NCBI GenBank assembly: GCA_963709425.1
Contig: CAVPWG010000002.1
Coordinates: forward strand, 134,499-198,498
Reading direction: 5' to 3'
Source of the DNA: an uncultured Actinomycetes bacterium
GTDB lineage: Bacteria > Actinomycetota > Thermoleophilia > Gaiellales > JAICJC01
Length of the DNA: 64,000 bases
A program made the translations under genes and the position numbers. This document shows, piece after piece, positions 1 through 10,126 of the stretch. The notes under the pieces are model-generated. The model saw only the letters and a list, made by a program, of their open reading frames with translations, was not told the DNA's origin and did not search any database. How positions within the stretch are numbered: position 1 is the stretch's first letter; each line of letters opens with the position of its first letter.

Positions 1-523
1 CGAGCTCGCGCTCTGCCTGCTGGATCCACACTCGGTGGGCCTCGACGATCCGCCGCGCGAGCGCGTGGTTCAGGCGCAGGTAGCGCGCCCGGTGCGGCAC
101 CGACGCCGCCGCGGCATCGGCGGCGTCGAGCTGAGCGGTGATCTCGTCGAGGTCGCTGCGCAGGCCGTCGAGGCCCGCGAGCAGGACGGAGTCGGGAACC
201 ATGTCGCCGAGCAGAAGGCGCGTCACGGCCTCGTGCTGGATGCGCGGGAAGCGTGCCGGCTCGGCGGCCCACTGGACGAGCGCGTCGCTGCCGGCATCCG
301 TGAGCGTGTAGTGCGTGCGGTCGCGCGTTCGGCCCGGCCGCTTCTCGGCGCGCAGGTAGCCCAGCTGCTCGAGCCGCTTGGGCTCGGCGTACCACTGGCT
401 GTCGGCCGCCGTCCAGTACACCCGACCCTGTCTGGCCATCCGAACGAGATCGTGCGGTCCGGCGCCGTTTTGGCCGACGAGCGTGAGCACGACATAGGAG
501 AACGGGGTCAGATCGCTTGACAT
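1..523 (-). CDS. PadR-family transcriptional regulator (3' end beyond window edge)
   Basis: Absent from the ORF track because no stop lies in the window. My minus-strand translation from ATG (comp 523..521) reads MSSDLTPFSYVVLTLVGQNGAGPHDLVRMARQGRVYWTAADSQWYAEPKRLEQLGYLRAEKRPGRTRDRTHYTLTDAG..., a typical PadR winged-helix N-terminus. The + ORF 35..520 is its Arg-rich shadow. Confidence 0.8.
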   Translation of the reverse strand, partial: MSSDLTPFSYVVLTLVGQNGAGPHDLVRMARQGRVYWTAADSQWYAEPKRLEQLGYLRAEKRPGRTRDRTHYTLTDAGSDALVQWAAEPARFPRIQHEAVTRLLLGDMVPDSVLLAGLDGLRSDLDEITAQLDAADAAAASVPHRARYLRLNHALARRIVEAHRVWIQQAEREL

Positions 524-582
524 AACTCTGAAACGGAGGTATGTAACTCCTATTCGGAGTCTACCACGGAGGTTCGGACAGC

Positions 583-1062
583 ATGAGCACCATCACGGAC
601 ACGCGATCCATCTGGTTCGTCGACTCATGCGGCCGGGTGATTGTCTCGGCCGACGACAGCAAGGGCCGAATGTCGGTCGTCGAGGTGTCCGGCGCGCGCG
701 GCCAGATGCCGCCGCTGCACGTGCACCGCACCGACGACGAGGTCTTCCACGTCATCGAGGGCGAGCTCACGGTCTACGTCGGCCCGAAGGTCGTCCACCT
801 GGCGGCCGGCGACACCGCGTTCGCCCCGCGCGACATCCCCCACACCTATCGGGTCGAAAGCGACGGGGGCCGGTGGCTCGCGGTCGGCTCGCCAGGCGGG
901 CTCGACCGCTACTTCGCGGCGATAGGGCAGCCGGCCGAGGCGGACGGGCTGCCGCCGGTCGCGATCGCGCCCGACCTCGAGTCGGCCGAGGCGCTCGAGC
1001 GTGACACCGGCTTCCGGATCGAGCTGCTCGGACCTCCGGGGGCGCTTCCCTCGGATCTCTAG
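583..1062 (+). CDS. cupin domain protein
   Basis: ORF 583..1062. Cupin motifs are [24 protein letters not shown] and [19 protein letters not shown] lies about 10 nt upstream. The gene is divergent from the PadR gene. Confidence 0.8.
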   Translation: MSTITDTRSIWFVDSCGRVIVSADDSKGRMSVVEVSGARGQMPPLHVHRTDDEVFHVIEGELTVYVGPKVVHLAAGDTAFAPRDIPHTYRVESDGGRWLAVGSPGGLDRYFAAIGQPAEADGLPPVAIAPDLESAEALERDTGFRIELLGPPGALPSDL

Positions 1063-2078
1063 GCGGTGGTCTTCTCGGCGTGCCCGCCGAACTGCTTTCG
1101 CATCGCCGACAGGAGCTTGTTGGCGTAGGCGCCCTCGTCGCGCGAGCTGAACCGCTCGAACAGGGACGCCGTGAGCACATGGGCGGGCACGCCCTCCTCG
1201 ACCGCCGCCAGCGCGGTCCAGCGACCCTCTCCGGAGTCCGAGACGCGGCCTGAATAGCCGGCGAGATCGGGGTCCTCGAGGAGCGCGGCCGCCGTGAGGT
1301 CGAGCAGCCACGACCCGACCACCGAACCCCGCCGCCACACCTCGGCCACATCGGCCGTGTCGATCGTGTACTGGTAGAACTCCGGCGTCGCCAAGGGCGC
1401 CGTCTCGGCGTCGCTCGTGTGCTGGCGCGCACCGATGTCCGCGTTTCGCAGGATGTCGAGCCCCTCGGCGTAGGCCGCCATGATCCCGTACTCGATCCCG
1501 TTGTGGACCATCTTCACGAAGTGGCCCGCGCCGTTCGGGCCGCAGTGCAGGTAGCCGTGCTCGGCGGTCGACCCGTTGGCCCGGTCGCGGCCGGGCGTAC
1601 GCGGGGCGGCGTCGATGCCGGGGGCGAGCGTCGCGAAGATCGGGTCGAGGTGCCCAACGACGTCGTCCTCGCCGCCGACCATGAGGCAGAACCCGCGCTC
1701 GAGCCCGAACACGCCGCCCGACGTGCCGACATCGACGTAGTGGATGCCCCGCTCCCTGAGCCCGGCGGCCCTCGCGATGTCGTCGCGGTAGTAGGAGTTC
1801 CCGCCGTCGATCACGATGTCGCCGGACGCCATCGTCGCGGCGACCTGGTCGACGACGGCGCCGGTGACGCCCGCGGGCACCATCACCCAGGCCGCCCGCG
1901 GGGGCGTGAGCTTCGCCACCATGTCCTCGATCGACGAGGATGAGACGGCCCCCTCGGATTCGAGCTGCGCAACCGCCTCCGGGCTCACATCCGAGACGAC
2001 GACCTCGTGCCCGTCGCGCATCAGCCTGCGCGTCAGGTTGGCGCCCATGCGCCCCAGTCCAACCATGCCGAGCTGCAT
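1059..2078 (-). CDS. gnd: 6-phosphogluconate dehydrogenase (decarboxylating), short form
   Basis: Last 339 aa of ORF 1059..3044, starting at ATG 2078 (AAAGGA upstream). Has the [15 protein letters not shown] Rossmann start and [19 protein letters not shown]. The upstream part of the ORF is Arg/Pro junk. Confidence 0.9.
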   Translation of the reverse strand: MQLGMVGLGRMGANLTRRLMRDGHEVVVSDVSPEAVAQLESEGAVSSSSIEDMVAKLTPPRAAWVMVPAGVTGAVVDQVAATMASGDIVIDGGNSYYRDDIARAAGLRERGIHYVDVGTSGGVFGLERGFCLMVGGEDDVVGHLDPIFATLAPGIDAAPRTPGRDRANGSTAEHGYLHCGPNGAGHFVKMVHNGIEYGIMAAYAEGLDILRNADIGARQHTSDAETAPLATPEFYQYTIDTADVAEVWRRGSVVGSWLLDLTAAALLEDPDLAGYSGRVSDSGEGRWTALAAVEEGVPAHVLTASLFERFSSRDEGAYANKLLSAMRKQFGGHAEKTTA

Positions 2079-2089
2079 CGCGTGTCCTT

Positions 2090-3709
2090 TCACTTGAGCC
2101 GGCGATAGCGCCGGATGAGCGTGTTCGTGGACGAGTCGTGCTGGAGATCGGGCTCGGGGCCGCTCTCGAGCTCCGCGCCGATGGCCGTGGCGAGCACCTT
2201 CCCGAGCTCCACGCCCCACTGATCGAACGAGTCGATGCCCCAGATCACGCCCTGCGTGAAGACGCTGTGCTCGTAGAGCGCGACCAGCGCCCCGAGGATC
2301 TCGGGTGTCAGCTGGTCCGCCAGGATGGTGGTGCTCGGCCGGTTGCCGGCGAACGTCTTGTGCGGCACCAGCCGGTCGGCCACGCCGTCTGCTCGCACCT
2401 GCTCCGGCGTGCGCCCGAAGGCGAGCGCCTCGGTCTGGGCGAAGACGTTCGCCACGAGCAGGTCGTGGTGGTCGCCCAGCGGGTTGAGCGACCGGGCGAA
2501 CGCGATGAAGTCGCACGGCACGAGCGGCGTTCCCTGGTGGATCAGCTGGTAGAAGCTGTGCTGGCCGTTGGTGCCCGGCTCGCCCCAGTACACAGGCCCG
2601 GTCGCGTAGTCGACGCGGCTGCCGTCGAGGGTGACCGACTTGCCGTTCGACTCCATCGTGAGCTGCTGGAGGTAGGCCGGGAAACGCTTCATGTACTGGT
2701 CGTAGGGCAGGACCGCGACCGAGGTCACGCCGAAGAAGTCGGCATACCAAACCGTCAGGAGCGCCATCAGCACGGGGAGGTTCTGCTCGAGCGGCGCCGT
2801 GCGAAAGTGCTCGTCCATCGCGTGGAAGCCGGCCAGCATGCGCCGGAACCCGTCTGGCCCGACCGCGATCATCGTCGAGAGGCCGATCGCCGAGTCCATC
2901 GAGTAGCGGCCGCCGACCCAGTCCCAGAAGCCGAACATGTTCTCGGTGTCGATCCCGAACGCCGCCACCGCCTCGGCATTCGTCGAGACGGCGGCGAAGT
3001 GGCGCGCGATCGCCGACTCGTCGCCGAGCGCGGCAAGCGTCCACTCCCTGGCCGTGGTCGCATTCCGCATGGTCTCGAGCGTCGAGAAGGTCTTCGATGA
3101 GACGATGAACAGGGTCTCCGCCGGGTCGAGGTCACGCGTCGCCTCGGCGAAGTCGGTGCCGTCCACGTTCGAGACGAACCGGAACGTGAGGTCGCGCCGG
3201 GTGTAGTGGCGCAGCGCCTCGTACGCCATGACCGGGCCGAGGTCGGAGCCGCCGATCCCGATGTTGACGACGTTTCGGATCGGACGGCCGGTGTGGCCGG
3301 TCCACTCGCCCGAGCGGATGCGGTCGGCGAACGCCGACATTCGATCGAGCACCTCGTGCACGCCGGGAACGACATCCGCGCCGTCGACGACGATCGACGC
3401 TGAACGGGGCGCACGCAGCGCGACATGCAGGACGGCCCTGCCCTCGGTGTCGTTGATGCGCTCGCCCGAGAACATGGCGTCGATCTGCTCCGCAAGGCCG
3501 CGCTCCTGGGCGAGCCGCAGCAGGAGGCTGATCGTCTCGTCGGTCGCCCGGTGTTTGGAGTAGTCGAGGTAGAGCCCGACAGCCTCGGTCACCATCCGCT
3601 CGCCGCGGGCCGGGTCGGCCGCGAACAGATCGCGCAGGTGCGTGTCGCGCATCGCGGCCGCGTGATCCTCGAGCGCCGTCCATGCCGGGGTCTGCCGCAG
3701 AGGCTGCAT
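2090..3709 (-). CDS. pgi: glucose-6-phosphate isomerase
   Basis: ORF 2090..3751. Start set at the internal Met ([16 protein letters not shown]); 3751 is an alternative. Full-length PGI pattern including VGGRYS and [18 protein letters not shown]. Confidence 0.92.
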   Translation of the reverse strand: MQPLRQTPAWTALEDHAAAMRDTHLRDLFAADPARGERMVTEAVGLYLDYSKHRATDETISLLLRLAQERGLAEQIDAMFSGERINDTEGRAVLHVALRAPRSASIVVDGADVVPGVHEVLDRMSAFADRIRSGEWTGHTGRPIRNVVNIGIGGSDLGPVMAYEALRHYTRRDLTFRFVSNVDGTDFAEATRDLDPAETLFIVSSKTFSTLETMRNATTAREWTLAALGDESAIARHFAAVSTNAEAVAAFGIDTENMFGFWDWVGGRYSMDSAIGLSTMIAVGPDGFRRMLAGFHAMDEHFRTAPLEQNLPVLMALLTVWYADFFGVTSVAVLPYDQYMKRFPAYLQQLTMESNGKSVTLDGSRVDYATGPVYWGEPGTNGQHSFYQLIHQGTPLVPCDFIAFARSLNPLGDHHDLLVANVFAQTEALAFGRTPEQVRADGVADRLVPHKTFAGNRPSTTILADQLTPEILGALVALYEHSVFTQGVIWGIDSFDQWGVELGKVLATAIGAELESGPEPDLQHDSSTNTLIRRYRRLK

Positions 3710-3765
3710 GTGGGGGCATTCTGGTCCGGCGGGGGCGCGCGCGCCACCCACTACGCTTGCGGGCG

Positions 3766-4713
3766 ATGAGCGCGATGCGCGAGACGATGGCGACCCAACC
3801 CGCCCTGCTGCGTGAGCTCATTGCGGACGGCGGGCCGTGCGAGGCGGCGGCGGAGCGGATCCGCGGCCGGCGGATGCTGCTCGTCGGCACGGGCACGAGC
3901 TGGCACGCGGCAAACCAGGGCGCCTGGCTGCTGCGGGCCTCGGGCGCCGAGGCGTGGGCCGTGCAGGCGGTCGACGCGGCCGAGCACGGGCCGCGGCCGG
4001 GAGCCGGCGACGCGCTCGTCCTCCTGAGCCATCGCGGCACAAAGCGCTACACGAGCACCGTGCTCGAGCGGGCCCGGGCCGACGGCGCCCAGACCGTCGT
4101 CATCTCGGGCCGCGGCGCGCCGGGTGCCGACATCGAGACCAGCGATCCGGAGACGTCGGCCGCCTTCACCGCGAGCCACCTCGCGGCGCTCATGCGCGTG
4201 GCTCAGATCGCCGTCGCACTCGGAGCGGACCTCGGCCGGCTCGACCACGTGCCCGCCGCCGTCGAGGGTGTGCTCGATGCGGGCGGCCCGGGCGTCGGCC
4301 CGCCGCAGCGCCTGCTCGAGTTCGTCGGGGCGGGGCCCAACCAGTGGACGGCCGCCGAGGGCGCGCTCAAGGTGCGCGAGACCGCGTACGTTGCGGCCGA
4401 GGGGCACTCGGTCGAGCAGCTCCTCCACGGGCCGTCCGTGGCGCTCCGGGAGGGCGATGCGCTGGTCGCGCTGAACGGCGGCGGTCCCGGCGAGGGCCGG
4501 CTGCTCGAGATCGCCCGCCTGGCCGAGGCATGCGGCGCCCGCGTCCACACGATCGCGGCCACGTACCCGTCGGAGCTCCTCTCGATCTTCCCGCTGACGA
4601 CGGCCGTGCAGCGGATCGCGCTCGACTGCGCCGAGACGCTCGGCACGAACCCGGACTCGTTCGGGCGCGACCTGCCCGGACGGGCCGAGGCGCTCGGCGC
4701 GATCGAGCTCTAG
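3766..4713 (+). CDS. SIS-domain sugar-phosphate isomerase/aminotransferase-like protein
   Basis: ORF 3682..4713. Start moved to ATG 3766 ([15 protein letters not shown]) to clear the divergent pgi start. Two SIS-like modules are present ([12 protein letters not shown]...VVISGRG and [23 protein letters not shown]). Confidence 0.75.
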   Translation: MSAMRETMATQPALLRELIADGGPCEAAAERIRGRRMLLVGTGTSWHAANQGAWLLRASGAEAWAVQAVDAAEHGPRPGAGDALVLLSHRGTKRYTSTVLERARADGAQTVVISGRGAPGADIETSDPETSAAFTASHLAALMRVAQIAVALGADLGRLDHVPAAVEGVLDAGGPGVGPPQRLLEFVGAGPNQWTAAEGALKVRETAYVAAEGHSVEQLLHGPSVALREGDALVALNGGGPGEGRLLEIARLAEACGARVHTIAATYPSELLSIFPLTTAVQRIALDCAETLGTNPDSFGRDLPGRAEALGAIEL

Positions 4714-5111
4714 CCGCGGCGCTGCATGCCGACCAGCGCGACCAGGTAGGCGGCGCCGCCGGCGGCGCCGAGCTGGGCATACGGGCTCGGGTCCTCGCCG
4801 CGCGCCAGCTGCACCATGACCGCCACGAGAATGATCGTGATGACCACGATGCCCGCGAACGCCGTGGCAGCGAGGTCGATGTTGCGAGCGCGCTCGTCCC
4901 GCGCCGGGCGGCGCATGATCTCGACGGCGCCGCTGCGGCCATCGAGCACCACAAGGATCGCAGCGAAGACCGCCATGATGCCGAAGGAGATCAGCCCGCC
5001 GATCGCATCGCCGCCGATCCACTGGGCGACCAGGAACACGCCGCCCAGCGCCAGTGCGAACGCGGGCATCAGCCAGCGGGAGCGGCGGTAGGTGTCCTTA
5101 AGCGTCTGCAT
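4710..5111 (-). CDS. small integral membrane protein (partner of the upstream XRE regulator)
   Basis: C-terminal 133 aa of ORF 4710..5327, from MQTLKDTYRRSRWLMPAFALALGGVFLV. Three or four hydrophobic helices. Its ATG overlaps the 3' end of the HTH gene (5098..5111). Confidence 0.65.
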   Translation of the reverse strand: MQTLKDTYRRSRWLMPAFALALGGVFLVAQWIGGDAIGGLISFGIMAVFAAILVVLDGRSGAVEIMRRPARDERARNIDLAATAFAGIVVITIILVAVMVQLARGEDPSPYAQLGAAGGAAYLVALVGMQRRG

Positions 5112-5292
5112 CGAAGACCTCCTCGACCGAGTATGAGAAGTGGCGCGCGAGCGAGATCGCAAGCGGCAGCGACGGCGTGTACCGCTCGGTCTCGATGGCG
5201 TTGATGGTCTGCCGCGAGACACCCATGGCGTCGGCGAGCTGCCCCTGGGACAGCCCGGCCGCACCGCGGAGCTCACGGATCCTGTTGCGCAT
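5098..5292 (-). CDS. XRE-family helix-turn-helix transcriptional regulator (64 aa, YozG-like)
   Basis: ORF 5098..5292. MRNRIRELRGAAGLSQGQLADAMGVSRQTINAIETERYTPSLPLAISLARHF is a textbook HTH_3 domain. Confidence 0.85.
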   Translation of the reverse strand: MRNRIRELRGAAGLSQGQLADAMGVSRQTINAIETERYTPSLPLAISLARHFSYSVEEVFDADA

Positions 5293-5293
5293 G

Positions 5294-5340
5294 ATGTAAA
5301 GCTAGCTTGACAGCCCGGGCCTGTCAAGCATGCTTTACAT
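5294..5340 (-). promoter_or_regulatory. 47-bp imperfect palindrome holding a predicted leaderless promoter for the XRE gene
   Basis: ATGTAAAGC-tag-CTTGACAG-cccgggc-CTGTCAAG-cat-GCTTTACAT. On the minus strand it reads TTGACA (5327..5322), a 17-nt spacer, then TAGCTT (5304..5299). The ATG at 5292 lies 7 nt past the -10. Confidence 0.5.
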
Positions 5341-5348
5341 GTGCGCGC

Positions 5349-5879
5349 TCAGAGCGCGCCGCCGGCCGCATGCGGCGCCGTTGGATCGGCCGCCTCCGCG
5401 CCGCCCTCACGGGCCAGGTACTCCTCGGCCAGGAGCGGGTTCTCGCGTGTCCGCTCGACCACCCTGAGGAGATCCGACATCGACGAGACCTCCTCGACCT
5501 GCTCCTTGATGAACCACTGCATGAACTGCTCGCCCGCGTAGTCGCCGTGCTCGCGCGCGAGCCCTGCAAGGGCGTTGATCTGGGCGGTGACCCGCCGCTC
5601 CTGCTCGAGCGCCAGCACGACCGGCTCGACGGTGTCACCGAAGGCGGTGCGCGGCGCCTCGACGCCCGAGATGATCACGTCCTCGCCCGCGTCGAGCAGG
5701 TATTGCACCATCATCATCGCGTGGTTTCGCTCCTCGAGCGACTGGCGGTAGAAGTGCGCCGCGAGCCGCGGGAGCGTCTCCGCGTCGTAGTGGACGGCCA
5801 CCGCCGCGTACTGCTGCGAGGCCCCAAACTCGTAGGCGATCTGCTCGTTCAGCGCCTTGACGAAGCGGTTGTCGGACAT
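5349..5879 (-). CDS. ferritin (non-heme, Ftn-like)
   Basis: ORF 5349..5879. MSDNRFVKALNEQIAYEFGASQQYAAVAVHYD...EERNHAMMMVQYL...GEQFMQWFIKEQVEE contains the ferroxidase-centre residues of bacterial ferritins. Confidence 0.85.
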   Translation of the reverse strand: MSDNRFVKALNEQIAYEFGASQQYAAVAVHYDAETLPRLAAHFYRQSLEERNHAMMMVQYLLDAGEDVIISGVEAPRTAFGDTVEPVVLALEQERRVTAQINALAGLAREHGDYAGEQFMQWFIKEQVEEVSSMSDLLRVVERTRENPLLAEEYLAREGGAEAADPTAPHAAGGAL

Positions 5880-5922
5880 CGGATCTCCTTGTCAGTCGGC
5901 GACCGGTAACCTACTCCGCGTC

Positions 5923-6693
5923 ATGGCTACGGTGCGCGCCATCCACGTCTCGGCGGTCAAATCGCTCCGCCTCACGAATGTCGCGGCGGCCCGGATCGAG
6001 CACGACGGGATCCCCGGCGATCGCCGCTTCGCGCTCATCGACGGCCGCGGCCGCGTCGCCACCCAGCGCGAGATCGGAGCCTTCGCACGGATCCGGAGCA
6101 GCTACGACATCGAGACGGGCGAGTTGGCCCTCGTGATGGCCGACGGCACCGAGGTGTCGGCCCACGTGAACGGCGGGCGGCCGGCGGCGACCACGCTCTG
6201 GGGACGCGACATCGAGGGCCGCGCCGTCGACGGGCCGTGGTCGGAGGCCGTGTCAGCCGCCGTCGGGCGGCCGCTCACGATGCTCGAGCTCCCGGCAGGG
6301 ATCCGCGCGCTCGACTCGCACCCGGTGTCGCTCCTCTCCAAGGCCTCGGCGGCCGAGGTCGGCCGCCACGGTGGCGTCGACGGGCTCGACCCGCGCCGCT
6401 TCCGGCCCACGCTCCTCGTCGACGGCCTCGGCGCCCACGAGGAGGACGAGTGGGTGGGTCGCGCCGTCCGGGCCGGCGAGGCGCTCCTGACCGTCGTGCG
6501 GCTCGACCCGCGCTGCGCGCTCACCACGCGCGATCCGGAGACGGGCGAGCGCGATGCCGACACCCTGCGCTGGCTGGCCTCCTACCGCCGGGCCGAGGAC
6601 GGCGCGGTGTACTGCGGCCTCTATGCCGACGTCGTCGAGCCCGGCACCGTGCGCGTCGGCGACCCGGTCGAGCCGCTCGGCGGCGCGAAATGA
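5923..6693 (+). CDS. MOSC domain-containing protein
   Basis: ORF 5857..6693, start set at MATVRAIHVSAVKSLR. Has RRFRPTLLVDG and RCALTTRDPETGERD (conserved Cys), typical of MOSC proteins. Confidence 0.8.
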   Translation: MATVRAIHVSAVKSLRLTNVAAARIEHDGIPGDRRFALIDGRGRVATQREIGAFARIRSSYDIETGELALVMADGTEVSAHVNGGRPAATTLWGRDIEGRAVDGPWSEAVSAAVGRPLTMLELPAGIRALDSHPVSLLSKASAAEVGRHGGVDGLDPRRFRPTLLVDGLGAHEEDEWVGRAVRAGEALLTVVRLDPRCALTTRDPETGERDADTLRWLASYRRAEDGAVYCGLYADVVEPGTVRVGDPVEPLGGAK

Positions 6694-7847
6694 CCGTCGC
6701 GGCGTTCCGAAACCACCTGCCGGTCAAGATCCGGTTCGGCGACGGCGTCGCGGGCGATCTGTCGGCGGTGCTCGGCGATGAGGGCGCGACCCGCCCGCTG
6801 ATCGTGATCGACGAGGGCCTCGAGGGCCTCGTGCCGGAGGTGGCGGCCGCGCTGGCGCCCCTCAGCGGGGCCGAGCGGTTCGAGAAGGAGCCGGGCGAGC
6901 CGACGGTCACGCTCGTCGAGGCGACCGCCGCGCGGCTCTCGGACACCGGCTGCGATGCTGTCGTCGCGATCGGCGGCGGATCTGCGATGGACACGGCGAA
7001 GGCCGCCCGGCTCGTCGCCGGCCAGGGCGAGCGCTACCTGCGCTTCGCCGCCGGAGAGGTGGCCTACGTCGCGCCCGCCATCCCGCTCGTGTGCGTCCCG
7101 ACGACGGCCGGCACCGGCTCGGAGGTGTCGGGCGGAGCGGTCATCACCGACGACGCGACCCACACGAAGGCCGGCATCGCAAGCCCGTTCCTGCGCGCCC
7201 AGCACGCGCTCGTCGACCCGGTGCTCACATGGGGGCTGCCACCCGGGATCACCGCGATGACGGGGATCGACGCGCTGGCGCAGGCCATCGCAGCCGTCGT
7301 GGTGAGGGCGGCGACGCCCGTGGGCGACGGGATCGCGCTCGAGGCCACCCGGCTGGCCGGCGGCGCGCTCGTCCGCGCGGCCCGCGACGGCTCCGACCAC
7401 GACGCCCGCTCCGACATGGCCTGCGCGAGCCTCCTCGCCGGCCTTGCGATGAACATCTCCGACTGCGGCGCCGAGCACTCGCTCGGCCAGGCCATCGGCG
7501 GCATGTTCGGGCTCCCGCACGGCCTCACGATCGCGCTCGTCCTCGCCGAGACGATGGACCGCGACCGCAAATTCGTCCCTGAGCGCTTCGAGCGGATCGC
7601 CGACGCGCTCGCCGAGCCGCAGGACGCGTCGGGCGACGGCTCGCGAGCCATCCGGGCGGTCACGCGGATCCTGAACGAGCTCGAATTCGACACGCTCGCA
7701 GCCGTCGGCGTGCGCGAGGAGCATCTCGACGAGCTGACCGAGAAGGCGCTCGCCGACTACTTCATCAGCATCGCTCCCGAGCCGTGGTCGGCGGTCGAGG
7801 TGCGTGCGGCATATGCCCAGGGGCTCGCGCTCGGTGCGCACCGGTAG
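6690..7847 (+). CDS. iron-containing (group III) alcohol dehydrogenase
   Basis: C-terminal 385 aa of ORF 6237..7847, from MTVAAFRNHLPVKIRFG. ATGA overlap with the MOSC stop. Has AIGGGSAMDTAKA, VPTTAGTGSE and AEHSLGQAIGGMFGLPHG. Confidence 0.85.
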   Translation: MTVAAFRNHLPVKIRFGDGVAGDLSAVLGDEGATRPLIVIDEGLEGLVPEVAAALAPLSGAERFEKEPGEPTVTLVEATAARLSDTGCDAVVAIGGGSAMDTAKAARLVAGQGERYLRFAAGEVAYVAPAIPLVCVPTTAGTGSEVSGGAVITDDATHTKAGIASPFLRAQHALVDPVLTWGLPPGITAMTGIDALAQAIAAVVVRAATPVGDGIALEATRLAGGALVRAARDGSDHDARSDMACASLLAGLAMNISDCGAEHSLGQAIGGMFGLPHGLTIALVLAETMDRDRKFVPERFERIADALAEPQDASGDGSRAIRAVTRILNELEFDTLAAVGVREEHLDELTEKALADYFISIAPEPWSAVEVRAAYAQGLALGAHR

Positions 7848-8088
7848 CTCCCCGCCCAGGCTGTTACTGGCGTGGGAGTCGCTCTCGGGCCCGGTGCAGA
7901 TCCTGGTGGCGTTTCCGTTGCTCGCCGTCGTGTTCTTCCTGATCCACTTCGGGCTGTTCGGCCTCTCGGCGACGCGGTCCCTGTTCTACGGTGTGTTCTG
8001 GGCGATACCCGCCACGGCCGCGGTCGTGATCGCGACGAAGACCGAGGCGGCAAAGCGACGACACGGAGGTTCGAATGGCGGCGACTGA
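7804..8088 (+). CDS. small hypothetical membrane protein (start uncertain; likely internal GTG at 7834 or 7894)
   Basis: ORF 7804..8088. Two hydrophobic helices (ILVAFPLLAVVFFLIHFGLFGL and LFYGVFWAIPATAAVVIA). No family recognised. Overlaps both neighbouring genes at its maximal extent. Confidence 0.35.
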   Translation: MRHMPRGSRSVRTGSSPPRLLLAWESLSGPVQILVAFPLLAVVFFLIHFGLFGLSATRSLFYGVFWAIPATAAVVIATKTEAAKRRHGGSNGGD

Positions 8089-8785
8089 CATCCCCGGTGA
8101 ACGCGGCGCGCGGGTCTCCCTGGACGGTGCCGTCGCCGTCGTCACGGGCGCGACGGCAGGCATCGGAGCGGCGACGGCCCGGACGCTGCGCGAGCGGGGA
8201 GCGCGCGTGGTCGTCGCGGCCCGGCGGGCCGACCGGCTCGAGGCGCTTGCGGCCGACATCGACGGCCTGGCCGTCCCCTGCGATGTCGGCGACTGGGACG
8301 ACGTGCAGGGCCTCGTCGCCAGGACTGTCGAGTGGGGCGGACGGATCGACGTGATGGTGAACAACGCCGGCATGGGGTCGTTCGGGCGGCTGCATGAGGC
8401 CGATCCGGCCGCGGCGGCGGCGATGGTGCGCGTGAACATCATGGGGGTCATCCACGGCATCCGCGCAGCCGGCGAGCGGATGGTGAAGCAGGGCTCAGGC
8501 GGGATCGTGAACGTGTCGTCGATCGTCGGGGAGTTCCCCGATCCGGGCGGCGGGGCGTACGCGGCGACGAAGGCCGCCGTCGACCTGCTCACCCGAACCG
8601 CCTACCGTGAGCTCCGCGACGAGAACGTGCACGTCGTCCTCGTGAAGCCCGCCCTCACCGACACCGAGTTCTCGTCGGTCGCCCGCGGCACGGGCCGCAG
8701 GATGGGCGGCGACCCGCCCGAGAAGGTGGCGCGCTGGATCTGCGACGCGCTCGAGTCGGGCTCGGCCAACGTCGGATACCGCTGA
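8075..8785 (+). CDS. SDR-family short-chain oxidoreductase
   Basis: ORF 8075..8785. TGATAGIG cofactor motif, NNAG, and YAATKAA catalytic Y-x3-K. GGAGG lies 5 nt upstream of the ATG. Confidence 0.9.
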   Translation: MAATDIPGERGARVSLDGAVAVVTGATAGIGAATARTLRERGARVVVAARRADRLEALAADIDGLAVPCDVGDWDDVQGLVARTVEWGGRIDVMVNNAGMGSFGRLHEADPAAAAAMVRVNIMGVIHGIRAAGERMVKQGSGGIVNVSSIVGEFPDPGGGAYAATKAAVDLLTRTAYRELRDENVHVVLVKPALTDTEFSSVARGTGRRMGGDPPEKVARWICDALESGSANVGYR

Positions 8786-8813
8786 AACCGCCCGGGGCGT
8801 TTACACTTCGGCC

Positions 8814-9389
8814 GTGGCCACCGTGAGCGCACCGACCGAGCTCTTCTTCACCCCCGACGCGGAGGCGAACCGACTCATCGCGAGCGATCCCAACGCCCTC
8901 CTGATCGGGTTCGCCCTCGACCAGCAGGTGACCGTGCAGAAGGCCTTCTCGGGGCCGCTCGAGCTGAAGCGCCGGCTCGGGCACCTCGACCCTGCGCGCA
9001 TCGCAGCGACCCCGCCCGAGGACCTGGCCGAGGCGTTCCGAACGCGGCCGGCCATCCACCGCTTCCCGGGCGCCATGGCCGAGCGCGTGCAGAAGCTCTG
9101 CGCGACGATCGCCTCCGACTACGGCGGCGACGGCGGCCGGGTCTGGACCGAGGCGGCGTCGGGCGCCGACCTGCGAAAGCGCCTCGGTGCGCTGCCCGGC
9201 ATCGGCGACATGAAGGTGCGCTCGCTGATCGCCGTCGTCGTCAAGCGCTACGGGGTCGAGCCGCCCGGCTACGAGGACGTGCTCCCCGGCCATCCGACGC
9301 TCGGCGACGTCGACTCGCCGGAGGCGCTCGACGCCTACCAGGCCGCCAAGCGCGCCTACAAGGCGTCGCTGCGGGCTGCCAAGACATGA
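8814..9389 (+). CDS. HhH-GPD-type base-excision-repair-like protein
   Basis: ORF 8814..9389 (GTG start). LLIGFALDQQVTVQKAF...LPGIGDMKVRSLIAVV contains a helix-hairpin-helix GIG motif. Confidence 0.7.
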   Translation: MATVSAPTELFFTPDAEANRLIASDPNALLIGFALDQQVTVQKAFSGPLELKRRLGHLDPARIAATPPEDLAEAFRTRPAIHRFPGAMAERVQKLCATIASDYGGDGGRVWTEAASGADLRKRLGALPGIGDMKVRSLIAVVVKRYGVEPPGYEDVLPGHPTLGDVDSPEALDAYQAAKRAYKASLRAAKT

Positions 9390-10126
9390 TCGTCGAGAAG
9401 AGCATGCACTCGGGGTGGCTCTCGAACAGCTACCTGGTCGGCGACCACGAGGGCGGGACCGGCGTGCTGATCGACGCCGGCGGCCCCGTGATGCCACTCA
9501 TCGAGGCCGTCGGCCGTCATACACTCACAATGTCGCACCTGCTCGTCACCCACGCCGACCCCGACCACATCGCCGAGGCGGACACGTACACAGGTCGTTT
9601 CGACCTCCAGGTGCTGGCGCACCCGCTCGAGGCCGAGCGCATGACCCGCGTCGACGGCACCCTCGCCGACGGCGACGAGGTGACAGCCGGCGACCTCACC
9701 ATCACCGCGCTCCTCACGCCCGGCCACAGCCCGGGGCACCTCTCGTTCCTCGTGAACGGCGGCGACTGCTTCACCGCCGACGTCCTCTTCCACGGCACCG
9801 TCGGCGGCACGATGCGCGACAGCTACGAGAGCCTGCACCACTCGATCATGGACGTGCTCATGAAGCTTCCGCCCGAAACCCGCGTCCACCCCGGCCACAC
9901 CGATCCCACCACGATCGGCGCGGAGTGGGAGGAGAACGTGTTCGTGCGACTCTGGCGCGGCGTCGACCCGGCCGGCGACGAGCAGTGCACGGTGAACGGC
10001 CGAGCCGCGACGCTCGAGCTCTTCGCGCCCGACTATGACGGCGGCCACAAGGGGCTCGTGCAGTGGGAGGACGGAACCCGCGACGTCGTCCCCGGGAGCC
10101 GGGTCGTGAAGGGAGACGGTTCGTGA
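9386..10126 (+). CDS. MBL-fold metallo-hydrolase (variant H-x-D-x-D-H motif)
   Basis: ORF 9386..10126. ATGA overlap with the upstream gene. LLVTHADPDH, TPGHSPGH and HPGH match the beta-lactamase-fold metal ligands. Confidence 0.8.
   Translation: MIVEKSMHSGWLSNSYLVGDHEGGTGVLIDAGGPVMPLIEAVGRHTLTMSHLLVTHADPDHIAEADTYTGRFDLQVLAHPLEAERMTRVDGTLADGDEVTAGDLTITALLTPGHSPGHLSFLVNGGDCFTADVLFHGTVGGTMRDSYESLHHSIMDVLMKLPPETRVHPGHTDPTTIGAEWEENVFVRLWRGVDPAGDEQCTVNGRAATLELFAPDYDGGHKGLVQWEDGTRDVVPGSRVVKGDGS

Noticed and set aside
524-582. A PadR operator (ATGT-N-ACAT type) in the PadR/cupin divergent spacer.
   Set aside because: The spacer holds ACAT and ATGT half-sites and a 5-bp ACTCC/GGAGT hairpin, but the spacing (19 nt) does not fit the known PadR box geometry. 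This is too weak to call.
4710-5292. The XRE regulator plus small overlapping gene as a toxin-antitoxin module.
   Set aside because: The partner is a multi-pass membrane protein with no toxin-like fold or motif. The pairing matches the common HTH-membrane protein cassette instead.
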